This document shows, piece after piece, positions 12,605 through 25,278 of a stretch of 64,000 nt of DNA; the stretch's first letter is position 1, and every line of letters starts with the position of its first letter. The stretch is taken from positions 179,118,001 to 179,182,000 of the forward strand of contig NC_042997.1 of assembly GCF_006345805.1 (NCBI RefSeq), written 5' to 3'. This DNA comes from Octopus sinensis. Taxonomy: Eukaryota. The notes under the pieces are model-generated. The model was not told where the DNA came from and did not search any database. It was given only the letters and a program-made list of their open reading frames with translations. Both the position numbers and the translations under genes were made by a program.

Positions 12605-12640
12605 TTTCAAATAATGTTGATGATAATAATAATAATAATA

Positions 12641-12672
<32 letters not shown>

Positions 12673-12679
12673 TAATATT

Positions 12680-13112
12680 GCGGGATCCGATAATTCAGTA
12701 TGACCATAATATCAGCTATTGGAACGCTGACATTGTTGTGGTGAACAAAACAGAGAAAACCTGCCCGATAACTGATATAGCATGCTTTTTCAAAGAGAAA
12801 GAAGAAGAAAAGGGTAATAATTATGACCATTAAAAGTGGGAAATACACAGGATGTGGGCAATGAAGAGAATGGGCGTGGTACCAATAGTAATTGGCGCGC
12901 TTGGAAGTATCAGCACATAACTACCAACATGTTACAAACAGAGTAGTAAATATGTAAAGTTTGAACACCTAGAGAACTCATCATTGCTTGGAATTGAAAT
13001 CCGCTGGATTCTTGAAGCATGTTCGGTGAACAAGCGTCATTTTGTTCTACTGGCTGCGGACAGCTGACACTTTCCACCATTACCAGCAAAATAAGCTGAG
13101 AGTTTTCATCAA
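12680..13112 (+). mobile_element. R4/Dong-like 3' fragment 3 (same subfamily as fragment 2)
   Basis: ADIVVVNKTEKTCPITDIACF...WEIHRMWAMKRMGVVPIVIGALGSIS; its 3' end (AAATAAGCTGAGAGTTTTCATCAAAT) matches fragment 2 and runs into (TAA)n. Confidence 0.78.
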
Positions 13113-13116
13113 ATAA

Positions 13117-13171
<55 letters not shown>

Positions 13172-13172
13172 T

Positions 13173-13570
13173 AGTTGTCAGAAATCATGAAGAAAAAAGG
13201 CTTTCTGATTGATGGATCAATATCAGCAGATGACAACGTTCCTCTAAAAGTAATGGAGAAACTTTCAAAATACAAAGACCTGGAATTAGAGGTAACTCGA
13301 ATGTGGAATCTAAAAACATACAATTCCTGTCATAGTAGGCGCATTAGGTATGATAAAAAAATATTCAGATAAATGCATAACAAAAAACCAGGACTTACAA
13401 ATATATATAACATACAGAAAATTGCACTACTGGCCACTGCACTCATCCTACGCGAAACAGTTTTAATACAGCAACCATAAGAGCATCACAGCAAACCACA
13501 GCACATACCCAAGGCACACAGAGCTGCGCTCGGTAGTGAAGTGAAAGCACGCTATAAAAATAAAACTACT
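13173..13570 (+). mobile_element. R4/Dong-like 3' fragment 4
   Basis: FLIDGSISADDNVPLKVMEKLSKYKDLELEVTRMWNLKT...IQKIALLATALILRETV; starts immediately after (TAA)n and its 3' UTR runs into the gap. Confidence 0.82.
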
Positions 13571-13670
13571 NNNNNNNNNNNNNNNNNNNNNNNNNNNNNN
13601 NNNNNNNNNNNNNNNNNNNNNNNNNNNNNNNNNNNNNNNNNNNNNNNNNNNNNNNNNNNNNNNNNNNNNN
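13571..13670. other. Assembly gap (100 N)
   Basis: Run of N. Confidence 1.
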
Positions 13671-13899
13671 TGTGTCTGTACGTATGTTTGAATACATCAC
13701 TTTCAAGGAAAAAAAATTCCACGAAAATTCATCCTCAGCTAATCATTTTCTTGAAAATGCAACGAGACAATCAAATTCAATTAACATATAATGGAGGCAA
13801 ACATTTTCTCCAAGATATGAACTGAACATCTCCAATTGATGCGCCTAGTTCTGTCAACACCCAAAGAGCAGTACGGTGGTAGTAGAGTAAGAAGGAGCA

Positions 13900-14070
13900 G
13901 TAAAATAATAACGGATGATATACTACTGACAATAATAATAAGAAGAACAACAAGGAGGAGAACAACAACAGTATTAGTAGTAGTAATAGTGGTAGTAGTG
14001 GTAGTACTAGTAGTAGTATTGGTAGTAGTAGTAGTAGTAGTAGTAGCAGTAGTAGTAGTAGTAGTAGTAA
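13900..14070. repeat. (GTA)n/(TAG)n trinucleotide low-complexity tract
   Basis: Direct repeats; explains the poly-T and poly-V ORFs. Confidence 0.9.
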
Positions 14071-14596
14071 TTTTGAACATTTATCGAAAAAAGTTGCCGT
14101 TGAGGAGCGATACTGTAAATCATAGTGAATATAAATTACTCATAACTATTGCATTATTTGTATTGTAATTCTGGTGGAACTAAATTGTAAAGACAACAAT
14201 GGAATCAGCGAGTTGCTCTGGTGTGAACTGTCCTGTGATCTTGTGAAATCTAGTCATGATTATGGAGGTGTTAGACATTGATAAATCACGAGATAAATTT
14301 TATATGGCTGGGTTTTAGAGATTTGTGAATAGTATCAATATAATATCTTGTAGCCACTTAATTGGAAACCAGTGATATAGTGGTATGTTAATGACTCTGT
14401 GTCATGATATATTCCTAATGGGCTTTCCAGTTCAGTTCCATCTACCTGCCAACCTAACGTACGTACGAACCTACCTACCTACTTACCTACCTACTACCTG
14501 TCTGCCTGTCTGACTGCCTATCTAGCTACCTACCTAACTACCTATCTACCTACCTACATATATAGTAGCTACATGCATATATAGATAGATAGATAC

Positions 14597-14762
14597 CTAT
14601 TTCTTTACTACCCACAGAGAGGAAAAGCAAGGACAAACAAACGGATTAAGTCGATTACATCGACCCCAGTGCGTAACTGGTACTTAATTTATCGACCCCG
14701 AAAGGATGAAAGGCAAAGTTGACCTCGGCGAAATTCGAACTCAGAACGTAATGGTATAGATA
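14597..14762 (-). mobile_element. SINE family B copy, head partly missing
   Basis: ATCGACCCCGAAAGGATGAAAGGCAAAGTTGACCTCGGCG; tail matches 60440-60518. Confidence 0.8.
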
Positions 14763-14822
14763 GATACCAACATCTCAGAACCTCTCTCTCATTCACTCTC
14801 TGTATGTCTGTTTGTCCTTTTC

Positions 14823-14864
<42 letters not shown>

Positions 14865-16530
14865 TATATATATATATATTATTATATATATATATATATA
14901 TATAATATATATATATATATATACAGCAAGGTCGTATAAAACAAAAAAACAACATGCGTATCATATAAACTGGCAGTGGTTGTTTGCCGGAGTCGAGCAT
15001 TAATTAAACGGGCTACTCCATCTAGATTCTTGTGGTGAATAGAATATATGAACACCTTGACAAAACAAAACACAACAGCTTTCTTAAAGTAGTGATGGAC
15101 TCAACAATGATAGTGAAAGGCCATCAGTGAAGCAAGAAATGGAACTGTGACCTTTGTGCTTGGCATTTTACAAACTTTACTCACCTAAGAACCCAAATGA
15201 AAGAATTCCTGTGACAAGTGCAAAGGCCATCCACTGTTCTTTAAATTAATTTCACAATTCTCTACGTGCTGTAGTGATAGGCCAATACCATTACTAATAC
15301 GTGTGAATATATATACACATATGTGTATGTGTGTGCGCGTGTGTCTGTGCATATTTATGCACGTACAATCGTGCATAAATACCACAGTTTATTTAGTAAC
15401 AATGCCTTTAATTTTGCATCGACAACTTGCCACTGATGATATATACGCCTGTATCAGATCAGTTGGAAGTCAACTGTACATCATTCTTTGAATATTTTCT
15501 TGCTTGTCCCTTCCTCATTTTATAATTTGAAAAATATATCTGTACCTTAATACGTCATGTCTCTCGTCTTATTGTGTTGCTGAAATTTTTTCGATATAAG
15601 ATTTTGTATAAGATCATCCTTCAGAGAGACTCACTGCCGCCGCGCGTAATTATGTTCCTCTACAGGAATTTTCAGTGACGCGGGTAATAGGAGGGTTACT
15701 CTGCATTTAGGCAGCTGAAAAGCTTTCTTTCGAACCCCGCTGAGTAAGATCGAGTTTTCTTGTAAAGGTTTTACAAATGAGATTTATGGCCGCCTAGATT
15801 TATTGCCTTTTCTGTCTCGTTTTCATAGTTTTATGTTTCGTTCTAAATGACTGTCTAGGTTTATTGATCACTGGACGTTCTGTTAAATATGTGCACATGA
15901 TCTGCATACGATATAAGTATTAAATTAATTTGTTCATATACAACTTATGGTAGTACATACATATAAACTTACACTTCAGCACAATTGCACACACACATCA
16001 ACATATATCACATACCAACAAATACAAACAAACATGTATATATCTATATATATCTCTCTCTATATATATATACTTATATATGTATGTGTGTATGTATGTA
16101 AAAATTTATTCATACATACACACGTATATATGTATATATGTATATGTATATAAATTTATGTTATAAAGCTGAGATTTATGTGGCATGTCTATTGGAGCAA
16201 TCAAATGATATTTCCCCGGATAGAGAATGTAATATCTAAGCTATAGTATATAACATTTGCGACAATATGAATATGATGTTAATATACATCAATAATAATA
16301 TTCATATTTCCTAGCGTATTTTGCATGTAATTTTTTAAGTATAACTATATTAAATTACATTACCTTAGAATATTGAAAACCCTGCGTCTATCATACGATG
16401 TAGCAGTATATTGGGATTAGTGTGTGCATGTTTATAGGTGTGTGTATACATTTCCCAAAAGGTTTCTCTAGAACATATATATATGTATATGTATATACGT
16501 ATGTTTGTATGAATATATAGTAAACGCGCA

Positions 16531-16662
16531 GGTCACCAACTACTCATCATTTATCGGCCAGGATGACAAACGCAATTTCGTGCCATTAGTGATAATACAG
16601 TTCCCAATAGCACGAAATTGCCTTTGACATCCTGGCCAATAACTGATGAGTAGCTGGTGACC
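16531..16662. repeat. Imperfect inverted repeat (57 bp arms, 18 nt loop)
   Basis: 16531-16587 versus the reverse complement of 16606-16662: 6 mismatches by manual alignment. Confidence 0.9.
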
Positions 16663-17172
16663 TTCTGTGTTTGTTTTCTTTTCTTTAGTACATTTAGTAT
16701 ATGTTTTTCAGCTTGACCTTCAGTGTCTGCTTTCCGTTTGTTTATTACTATTCGTTTCTTGACTTCTCACTCAAAATATTATTTTCATAACACTGAACAC
16801 TCCTTATTTTTTACCGATTTATATCCATCCTCCATCCATCCATCCATCCATCCATCCATCCATCCATCCATACCATACATACATACATACATCCATCCAT
16901 ACATACATACATCCATGCATGCATACATACATAAATATGTGTGTATATATAAAGTAAAAAGTAATAGAGTCAAAAGTGCTTACACTTCCTTTTGACTCTT
17001 TTAATTTTTACTTTTTATTTTCACACACGAGGCATAGCTAAGAATAGAATTGATAGCATAAGATTACTACCGGCTATTTAGGAATTCTAAGGGTGAACGA
17101 TCTCTATTTGTACTTTTATACGTTCTTAACAGAACACACCTCATCTGACTATATATATATATATATATATAT

Positions 17173-17565
17173 TACTCTTTTACTAGTTTCAGTCATTTGA
17201 CTGCAGCTATGCTGGAGCACCGCCTTTATTCGAGCAAATCGACCCCAGAACTTATTCTTTGTAAGCCTAGTACTTATTATATCGCTCTCTATTGCCGAAC
17301 CGCTAAGTTACGGGGATGTATACACACTACCATCTGTTGTCAATCGATGTTGGAGGCAAAATCAAACAGACAAACACAAACACGCACACGCATATATATA
17401 TATATACATATATACGACAAGTTTCATTTAATTTCCCTCTACCAAATCCACCCACAAGGCTTTGGTTTGGCCGAGAATATAGTTCAAAACACTCGCCCAA
17501 GATGCCACGTAGTGGGAGTGAACCCGGAACCATGTGGTTCGTAAGCAAGCTACTTACCACACCCA

Positions 17566-17567
<2 letters not shown>
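17173..17567 (-). mobile_element. SINE family A, full-length (head, internal TA/CA microsatellite, tail)
   Basis: Contiguous reverse complement of the head (4355-4490) and tail (8895-9112) modules, joined by a short microsatellite. Confidence 0.85.
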
Positions 17568-17611
<44 letters not shown>

Positions 17612-18041
17612 ACCTACTTCAGAACATCAACTTACCAGGGATCATATAGGGGCAACTAAGAATGCCACCTAGCCAAAACTTAGAAGTCACTTTCAATTTA
17701 TGCAATTTGATACTAAATATCTTCTCTAGAAGTGCGGTTTTGTTATATGTAAGTATGTGCAAAAGGCATCCAATTAAAGGTTTGCAAGTATTGAAATTCC
17801 ATCCGTTTCGAGAGAGGGTGGACCAATCGCATTGTGGGAATTGTTAACGATTTCGATATTAACTGATATGAAATGAAAAGGGGAGATAATTGTAAGAATC
17901 GAGAATTTTCCAAAATGGACATGCTATGAAAAACAGAACCAACATTGCATGAACAGAAGATGATAGAATGGCTTCCGTTGATTCACGTTTCTGCCTCAAA
18001 AGATTTGAGCAGTACAGCCATAAACACGCACGCGTGTATAT

Positions 18042-18103
<62 letters not shown>

Positions 18104-18964
18104 GAAAGAAAGCGAGAGAGGGGGAGAAACAGAGAGACAGACAATTAGATAGATAGTTAGTTAGATAGATAAATAGATAGACAGGCAGACAGACTGAGAA
18201 ATAGAACGCCAGGCAGTGGAGAATAAATATCACCTTTAAGTAACTTAAAGTAACCAATCAGAATATGAGGCCACGTCTTAAATGTTACATACTCAAGCCA
18301 ATATCAGCTTGAATATAGTTCAAGTTTTACATTGAAAAGAGTAATGGAAATGCTGAAAAATCTCTTCTAACATGACAGATAGCGTTTGTGTAAACAAATT
18401 TCTTATGCTTTAATATGTTAAACAATTCTAATTCGCAACGTATTTTATTGCAATGAAAGCTATTGAACTTTCAAATGTGCAGAATGAATTATTGCAACGA
18501 AATTTAGCATGCATTTGAAGTTTCATAATTTCTTATTCCTATTTAACTTATTGCACATTAGAATTATCATCCTGTAATATTTCTTTGTAGCCTATTGAAT
18601 ATTTGAGTATTAAGTATTTTTTTGTGGCTGAGAAATGTTTTTATGGTGCAATCGCTTCATTTTAAATTTTCACAGTATAGTTGTATTTGAAATATATATC
18701 GTTGCAGTTATGGAAAAATGTCGTAAGCCAAAACGTTGCTTTTTCAGAAAGCGAAATGATAGTTTTACCATTCCATAACAAAACCATGGTACTACACTTT
18801 GACAATTTTTGATACGATAGTTAAAGCAAAAGAAACGGCTATGGCAAGGAAAACCAAATATGGAAAAAAAAACTGCATTTGGCCGAATTTGGTGACAGGA
18901 CAGTTTAACATAATAGCAGTGATATATATATATATAGATATAATATACATATATATAATATTTT

Positions 18965-19216
18965 AACTGTTTATTTAAGTCACTAAACTGCGGTCATGCT
19001 GGGGCACCGCCTTGAGAAATTTTAGTCGAAAGCATCACCCCACTACTTATTTGTCTTTGAGTATGGTCCTTATTTTATAGGGCTCTTTGCCGAACCACTA
19101 AGTTGTGGGGCCGTAAATGCACCAATATCTGTTGTCAAGCGATGATGGGAGACAAATACATAGAAACACATACACTTACAACTCCCCTACCCACACGCAA
19201 GATTTATATGTGTGTG

Positions 19217-19253
<37 letters not shown>

Positions 19254-19380
19254 GACAGGCTTCTTAATGTTTCCGTCTGCCAAATCCAATCACTATAGCC
19301 GAGGCTATAGTGGAAGACAGTAGCCGAAGTTGCAAAAAAAGTGGGACTAAATGTTTTACCACACATCCAACGCCTGCGCC
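18965..19380 (-). mobile_element. SINE family A, diverged full-length copy
   Basis: CTGCGGTCATGCTGGGGCACCGCC, GCCGAACCACTAAG and TTCCGTCTGCCAAATCC motifs in the same order as in 17173-17567. Confidence 0.75.
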
Positions 19381-19389
19381 TACACACGT

Positions 19390-19420
<31 letters not shown>

Positions 19421-19511
19421 TATATGCATGTATGTATGCGTGTATCACTATTAAACCTTATCTGCGATACATAATGCATAAAATTAAAGGAAATGTTTGT
19501 TTGTTAAACTG

Positions 19512-19613
<102 letters not shown>

Positions 19614-19910
19614 TATATATGTGTTGACGTTTATTACTGTTAACCTCATTTTAGATTGTAATGATAGAAAACCATTTTGTCCATGAAGGTATTTATATTC
19701 TCCTATGCCTTGTCAATTAACACCGAACATTAGAAATACTGCTTTCACTTATAGAAATTTACTTCATGAGTCATGAAACGTATTTGCACTCATTTTGAAT
19801 TACTGTCATGTCACGTAATAGCAATTTACATTTTCTAAACGTTCTCAATTTTATGAAACCTATTTGTCCATGAGATGCTTCTCTGTAACTACTTACTACA
19901 GATTTTGTTT

Positions 19911-19954
19911 CTTGAAGACAAACTACTATTTTAAATTAGTAGTTTGTCTTCAAG
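19911..19954. repeat. Perfect 18 bp hairpin
   Basis: CTTGAAGACAAACTACTA-ttttaaat-TAGTAGTTTGTCTTCAAG. Confidence 0.85.
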
Positions 19955-21236
19955 TAGTTTTCATTTCAAGCTGATCTATTTCGAGTAATTGTCTCCCACT
20001 TGACATCTGTTCATATTCTGCACCGAACTGAGCGTAGATATAGGAAAATACATTAAATTTATAGTGGAACACTTATCGAACTGATATAATATCATGTCCA
20101 AATTAATATTCTTTTTTGTACATATTTGATGTACTTATTAAAACGATTGTGAGAATCTTAGAAGTGGTGTACTTTATCTTAATAATCATTACCGAAATAA
20201 CATCTTGAGTTTACTGAAGACTATCAGATATGCTGTGTTAATGTTTTATTTCAAAATTGTATTTCGATATTTCTTCTAGAATCTAGAAATAGATAAATAT
20301 GAAGCCGCGTGTTTTAAGCATTGGGAATTTTAAAATATAAGCTGATATTTTGAAGCTCACACAAATATTCGGCAATTATACTGTGGCACTATTTTTGACA
20401 TCAGGGATCATAAACATTCTTTTCGCAATGACCCACTTTCGAGTAGTTTTGATCTGCTCATAACTCATATGCCCTCTAATTTCTAATAAGAATAAAGTCG
20501 CCATTTGTCTTTTTTATTTTGGTAGTGACAGTGCCTATGAAAGTAAAATATTTTATAAACTCTGATACAAATATCTATCTAAAATTCTTTAACTGCTCAT
20601 TGGTTCCCAAATTTCAATCTTATTGCATCCCATTCAGAGCACTTCCAGAGGTCAGTCTTCTTTTCACGGTCCATTAAGGAGCTTTAACTAGTTTACATGT
20701 TTTACATGTTTAATAAGTAGTAGACCTATACTCATGCTCTATTTTATGAATTGTTTATAAATTTAACCGTTAAAGGTATTTTTTAATTGATAAGATTATT
20801 TTCGAGAAAATATTTTTTTTCGAAAAGAATTTTATCCTCCTATTTGATATAAATTTAAGAGTTCACTTCCGAACTAACTAACTCACTCTGTGAGAGTCTC
20901 AGTTCAAATCGCACGTACCTCGAATGGGCTGGAGTATTTCTATTTTGGATGTATTTGGGGTACTTAGTTGTGCCCATGACTTAGTGTTTGCTTCTTCCAT
21001 GGGTGCGAGTATCTCATTTATTTCTTTTACCACATATATCACTGACAAAGAGAGGGCTCTTAGTAGCTAACTCTGAAATCGGTCCGATATGGTAATAATG
21101 GAATTTTTAAGAAATTTCTGTCGACCTTTTTTCGAGTAACGTGCGAATTGTGAAAACATTATATGGTTAATGGACAATATGTCCAATTTTTCGGCATATT
21201 TGGCACTACAAATTTTTTTCTTTGCCCTCATTTATG

Positions 21237-21287
<51 letters not shown>

Positions 21288-23181
21288 AAGTTAAATTTGT
21301 CTCATTTTGTCTAAAGTCGAAAGACACCTGCTGTTATCCTGTTATTAACCATTCTTGTTTTTATCTTTATTTTTATTTTCGTTTTTTGTATTTATATTCG
21401 TCCTTGTTGCGTTTACATTCGTTCCTTTTTCCAAGAAATCTAATGCTCACAGCTTAGTTTTTCCTTGGGGCTGGCCGCGTTGGAGCAAATATCAGAATTA
21501 ATCAGCCGAAATTTGCTATGATGATGCGGTTTCTGACTGAAGATTAAAGGCTTCGAATGACCCGTTTGTTTTCTGTATTCGTCCCTTTGTGTATTTCACG
21601 TTCTTGTTTCTTTATATATAATTTTTATACCTATATATATATATACACACAGATACGCAAACACACACACACACACACATATATACATATAAAACATGGT
21701 TTATAGTGAGTAGTATTTTAAGGTAAATACTAATAATACTGAAGACACATTAAAAGTAAGGGAAAGTTATCGAAATTTAAATTAAAATTAAAAAAATATA
21801 AGATGATGAATCGAAAGTTCGAGAAAAAAGATTGAAATAGTAAAACGTGTTTCATCTTTCCAAAGAAAGGCATCTGGTTAACATTTTAATCTCAAGCCAC
21901 GTATGTAATAGCGTCGTGAAATAATTTACAGCTGTCTGTGATAGAAGGAAAAATGCGTTAAATTTTATTTTATGTATATGTCAGGTCATTAAATGAATTT
22001 GCATTACAAATTACCACAAACCTATAGACGTTTCATGTACTTCAGTCATGGTATCTTGTATGGTTATATTCGTTCTTGTACTATGTATGTATGTATTTGT
22101 GTATGTACGTATGCATGTGTGTATGTTAAAATATATATATGTTTATATATATATGTATATGCGTATGTTTATATATATGTATATACGTATGTTTATATAT
22201 ATGTATGTGTGTGCATGTATATGTATGAACGAATGAATGCATATCTACACGAAGGAATGTAGTTTTGAACGCATGTATATGTAACATTATACATATACAC
22301 GCACGAGATGAGGGACACACAATTTCATACACACGTATACACAGCCACGTTTTAAAATCATTTTTGCTCTTCTATCTTTATACGTGCGAAAACTCAGTCG
22401 CGCACAAACACATACACACAAAAGCCAGCCCGATTGCATACACATGCATGTGCACAGACACACATACAAACACACATATGTACCTAGCACATGCACACAT
22501 ATATATATATGCTGATAAATGCAAAGCAAAATGTATTATGCATACATAATTTATTTTTGGTGTGTAAAATGGAATATAAACACGTTTATATATATATATA
22601 TATATGGATAAGTGTATTCAAATATATATATCTGTATATATACGTACACACATATATATATATTCATATCATATATGTAAATCTATGTATCTATTTATGT
22701 ACATCTATACGTACATAATTATATATATATGTATGTATTTACGAGCTTATGCATATGTCGTGGAATTACTGAGAATTCGTAAATATGGTTTGAAAAATTT
22801 GAAAGTTGATTAAAAGTGAAAATGATGGAATTATTAATATCGAAATGGTAAACATTGGAAGACAGATTAGTTTCGTGACAATAAGAGATTAGGTTCAATT
22901 CACATCACTGCAGAAGCGATACAAAAATGTCTTCTCTTTTCTGTAGACACTTTTGAACTGTCGTTAAAACTAATAACTGCTGTCAGCATTTTATGCCCTT
23001 GATGTATGAAACCAATTCGTCTCCAGACATTACGAATTATGTTAATGATAAATAGGCATAAAATATGACACGGCTAGTATAAAAAACAGCTGCACCATCA
23101 TCATCGCCATCGGAACCACCTCTACTATTACTAATAACTTTGATGATGATGATGATAATAATGATGATAATAACAGTATTG

Positions 23182-23392
23182 ATTTCAAATTTTTGCCACA
23201 AGGGATGCTTGGGGAGAGGATGAAGTCAATTACATCGACCACAGTGCGTAATTGGTACATATTTAATCGAACCCGAAAGGATGAAAGGCAAAGTCGACCT
23301 CGGCGGAATTTGAACTCAAAACGTAGTAGTAGACGAAAAACTGCTAAGCATTTCGCCCGGCGTGCTAACCATTCTGTCAACTCGCCACCTTC
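23182..23392 (-). mobile_element. SINE family B copy
   Basis: CCCGAAAGGATGAAAGGCAAAGTCGACCTCGGCGGAATTTGAACTC...GCATTTCGCCCGGCGTGCTAACC. Confidence 0.82.
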
Positions 23393-23469
23393 ATAATGAT
23401 AATAATAGCAACAAAAGCAACAGCACCACCACCAACAACAGCAATAATAATAATAGTAATAATAAGGAT

Positions 23470-23608
23470 TTTAAATTTTGGCTCAAGGCCAGCAATTTGA
23501 AGGCGGCAAAGTCAACGTCGGCGGAATTTTAACTCAGAACGTAGCGTCAGACGAGATACCACTAAGCATTGCGCTCGACATTCTAACGACTCCAGCAGCT
23601 TGCCGACT
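23470..23608 (-). mobile_element. SINE family B, internally deleted copy
   Basis: TTTTGGCTCAAGGCCAGCAATTT...GGCAAAGTCAACGTCGGCGGAATTTTAACTCAGAACG. Confidence 0.7.
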
Positions 23609-23621
23609 TAATAATAATAAT

Positions 23622-23830
23622 CCATTCTAATAAAAGATCAAGGTCTGAAATTCTACTATTGCAAAAATTGGCATTACTTGGAACTGCAAGGATATTGCGT
23701 AAAGTACTGTTTGCTGAGGTCCTTGTTGTGACTTGACAAACAATACTAACCTCGGTAGACACAATACCTTCAATCAGCAATATCACCATATTGGATACAT
23801 TGCGACGTCTTAAATAATGATCTCCTAATA
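23622..23830 (+). mobile_element. R4/Dong-like short 3' fragment
   Basis: LQKLALLGTARILRKVL follows a short (TAA)n tract. Confidence 0.65.
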
Positions 23831-24517
23831 TAATAATGAGCGTAGTGTTTATATATATATATATATATTTGTCCAAAATCACGCAGGAGGTAGTGGGATA
23901 AAGAGTAGTATAAGTGAAGTGAGCGGAGAGAAGATAGTAATTCAGTGAATGAGAAGTAGTGAGAGTTATAGTCATGACTGAGAGCGAGTAGGAGAATGTT
24001 TTAGCAATGAGAGAGAGAGGAAGTGGCAAAGAGAACGTTGTGTACCTTATCTTCTACTATAATAATACTCATGTCTATTTCTCCGTCACAAAATATGAAT
24101 AAGGAAGGAAGGGGTGATGACAAATTTGGTAGTGGGATGATGGAAGTCTTACGGTGAAAATAATCAAACAGCTTTTCAAGTCTGCGTGATTATATGTATA
24201 TGTATGTAAAAGGGAGTCATGGGAATGTTTGTGTCTGTATGTGAGTGTGTGTGTATGTATGTATGTATATATGTGTGCGTGTATGTGTGTGCTATGGATC
24301 GGTATGGTGAACATTCAATGCTGAAAGGAAAAATCAAACAGCGTTTCAACTCTATGTGAGTATATGTGTGTATGTGTGTACGTGTACAAGGGAAATATGT
24401 GAATGTATGTATCTGTGATCATCTGCCTTATTTATATATAAAATACTACAATTATCCATCATTTTTAACGGCACGGAGACTGTTAGTAGTAGTAGTAGTA
24501 GTAGTAGTATAATGATG

Positions 24518-24568
<51 letters not shown>

Positions 24569-24569
<1 letters not shown>

Positions 24570-25045
24570 ATGTCTTGATGCTGTACCAGACAGTGGCTCT
24601 CCTGGCTTCTGATATTAACTGGATGGAATGTTCATTGTTTTGTCTTGGTACAAAAGATAGGCTACAGCAAATATTCAACTGAATACCACAGATTTGCTTG
24701 TCAGTTGTTTGACCGTAACCAATTGAGCACATCCCTTAATAGCTGACGATATGTGTATCTCTGATCACGAACAGAAGTAGTGGAGGACCATCATAGCCAG
24801 GTGTTGAGAGGAATTGTTTGGGGCTTAGATAATTCATCTCCGGGAACATGGGTGTTTCGATCAACATCCTTAAACACACCATATAAGGTCCAACCTGTAA
24901 GGTCATGTGCCGTTTATCTTGATATGACATCACCATGTCGCGCACATATGATTGTGATGTATGTGCCTGGTGTACCCTTATCAGGCTGGGCTTCGTATAT
25001 TTTACCCCAGTGTCACTTTGATGACATGACACTGCTCCTGCAGTC

Positions 25046-25046
<1 letters not shown>
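24569..25046 (+). mobile_element. Non-coding interspersed element embedded in (TAA)n, probably the 3' UTR or a non-autonomous derivative of an R4/Dong-like family
   Basis: ~480 bp of complex, GC-richer sequence with no credible ORF, directly flanked by long (TAA)n on both sides. Family assignment is inference. Confidence 0.45.
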
Positions 25047-25116
<70 letters not shown>

Positions 25117-25134
25117 CAACAACAACATCGACTA

Positions 25135-25278
25135 CAGTGTTAAACAGTACTTGTTTTATCCACCCCGAAACGATGAAAGACAAAATCCACCTCGGCAGAA
25201 TTTGAACTCATGAGTGACGGGTGAAATACCGCAAAGCATTTCATCCAGCGTGCTAACGATTCTGTCAGCTCGCTGCTT
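25135..25278 (-). mobile_element. SINE family B, partial copy
   Basis: CCCCGAAACGATGAAAGACAAAATCCACCTCGGCAGAATTTGAACTC...GTGCTAACGATTCTGTCAGCTCGC. Confidence 0.7.

Noticed and set aside
13777-14168. Thr-rich or Val-rich mucin-like ORFs (also 59353-59834)
   Set aside because: Trinucleotide low-complexity tracts open on both strands, with no splice or domain support.
16636-16665. CTGATGAG in the hairpin's right arm as a hammerhead core or snoRNA box
   Set aside because: No downstream stem II and GAAA, and the C/D boxes are not in the required order.
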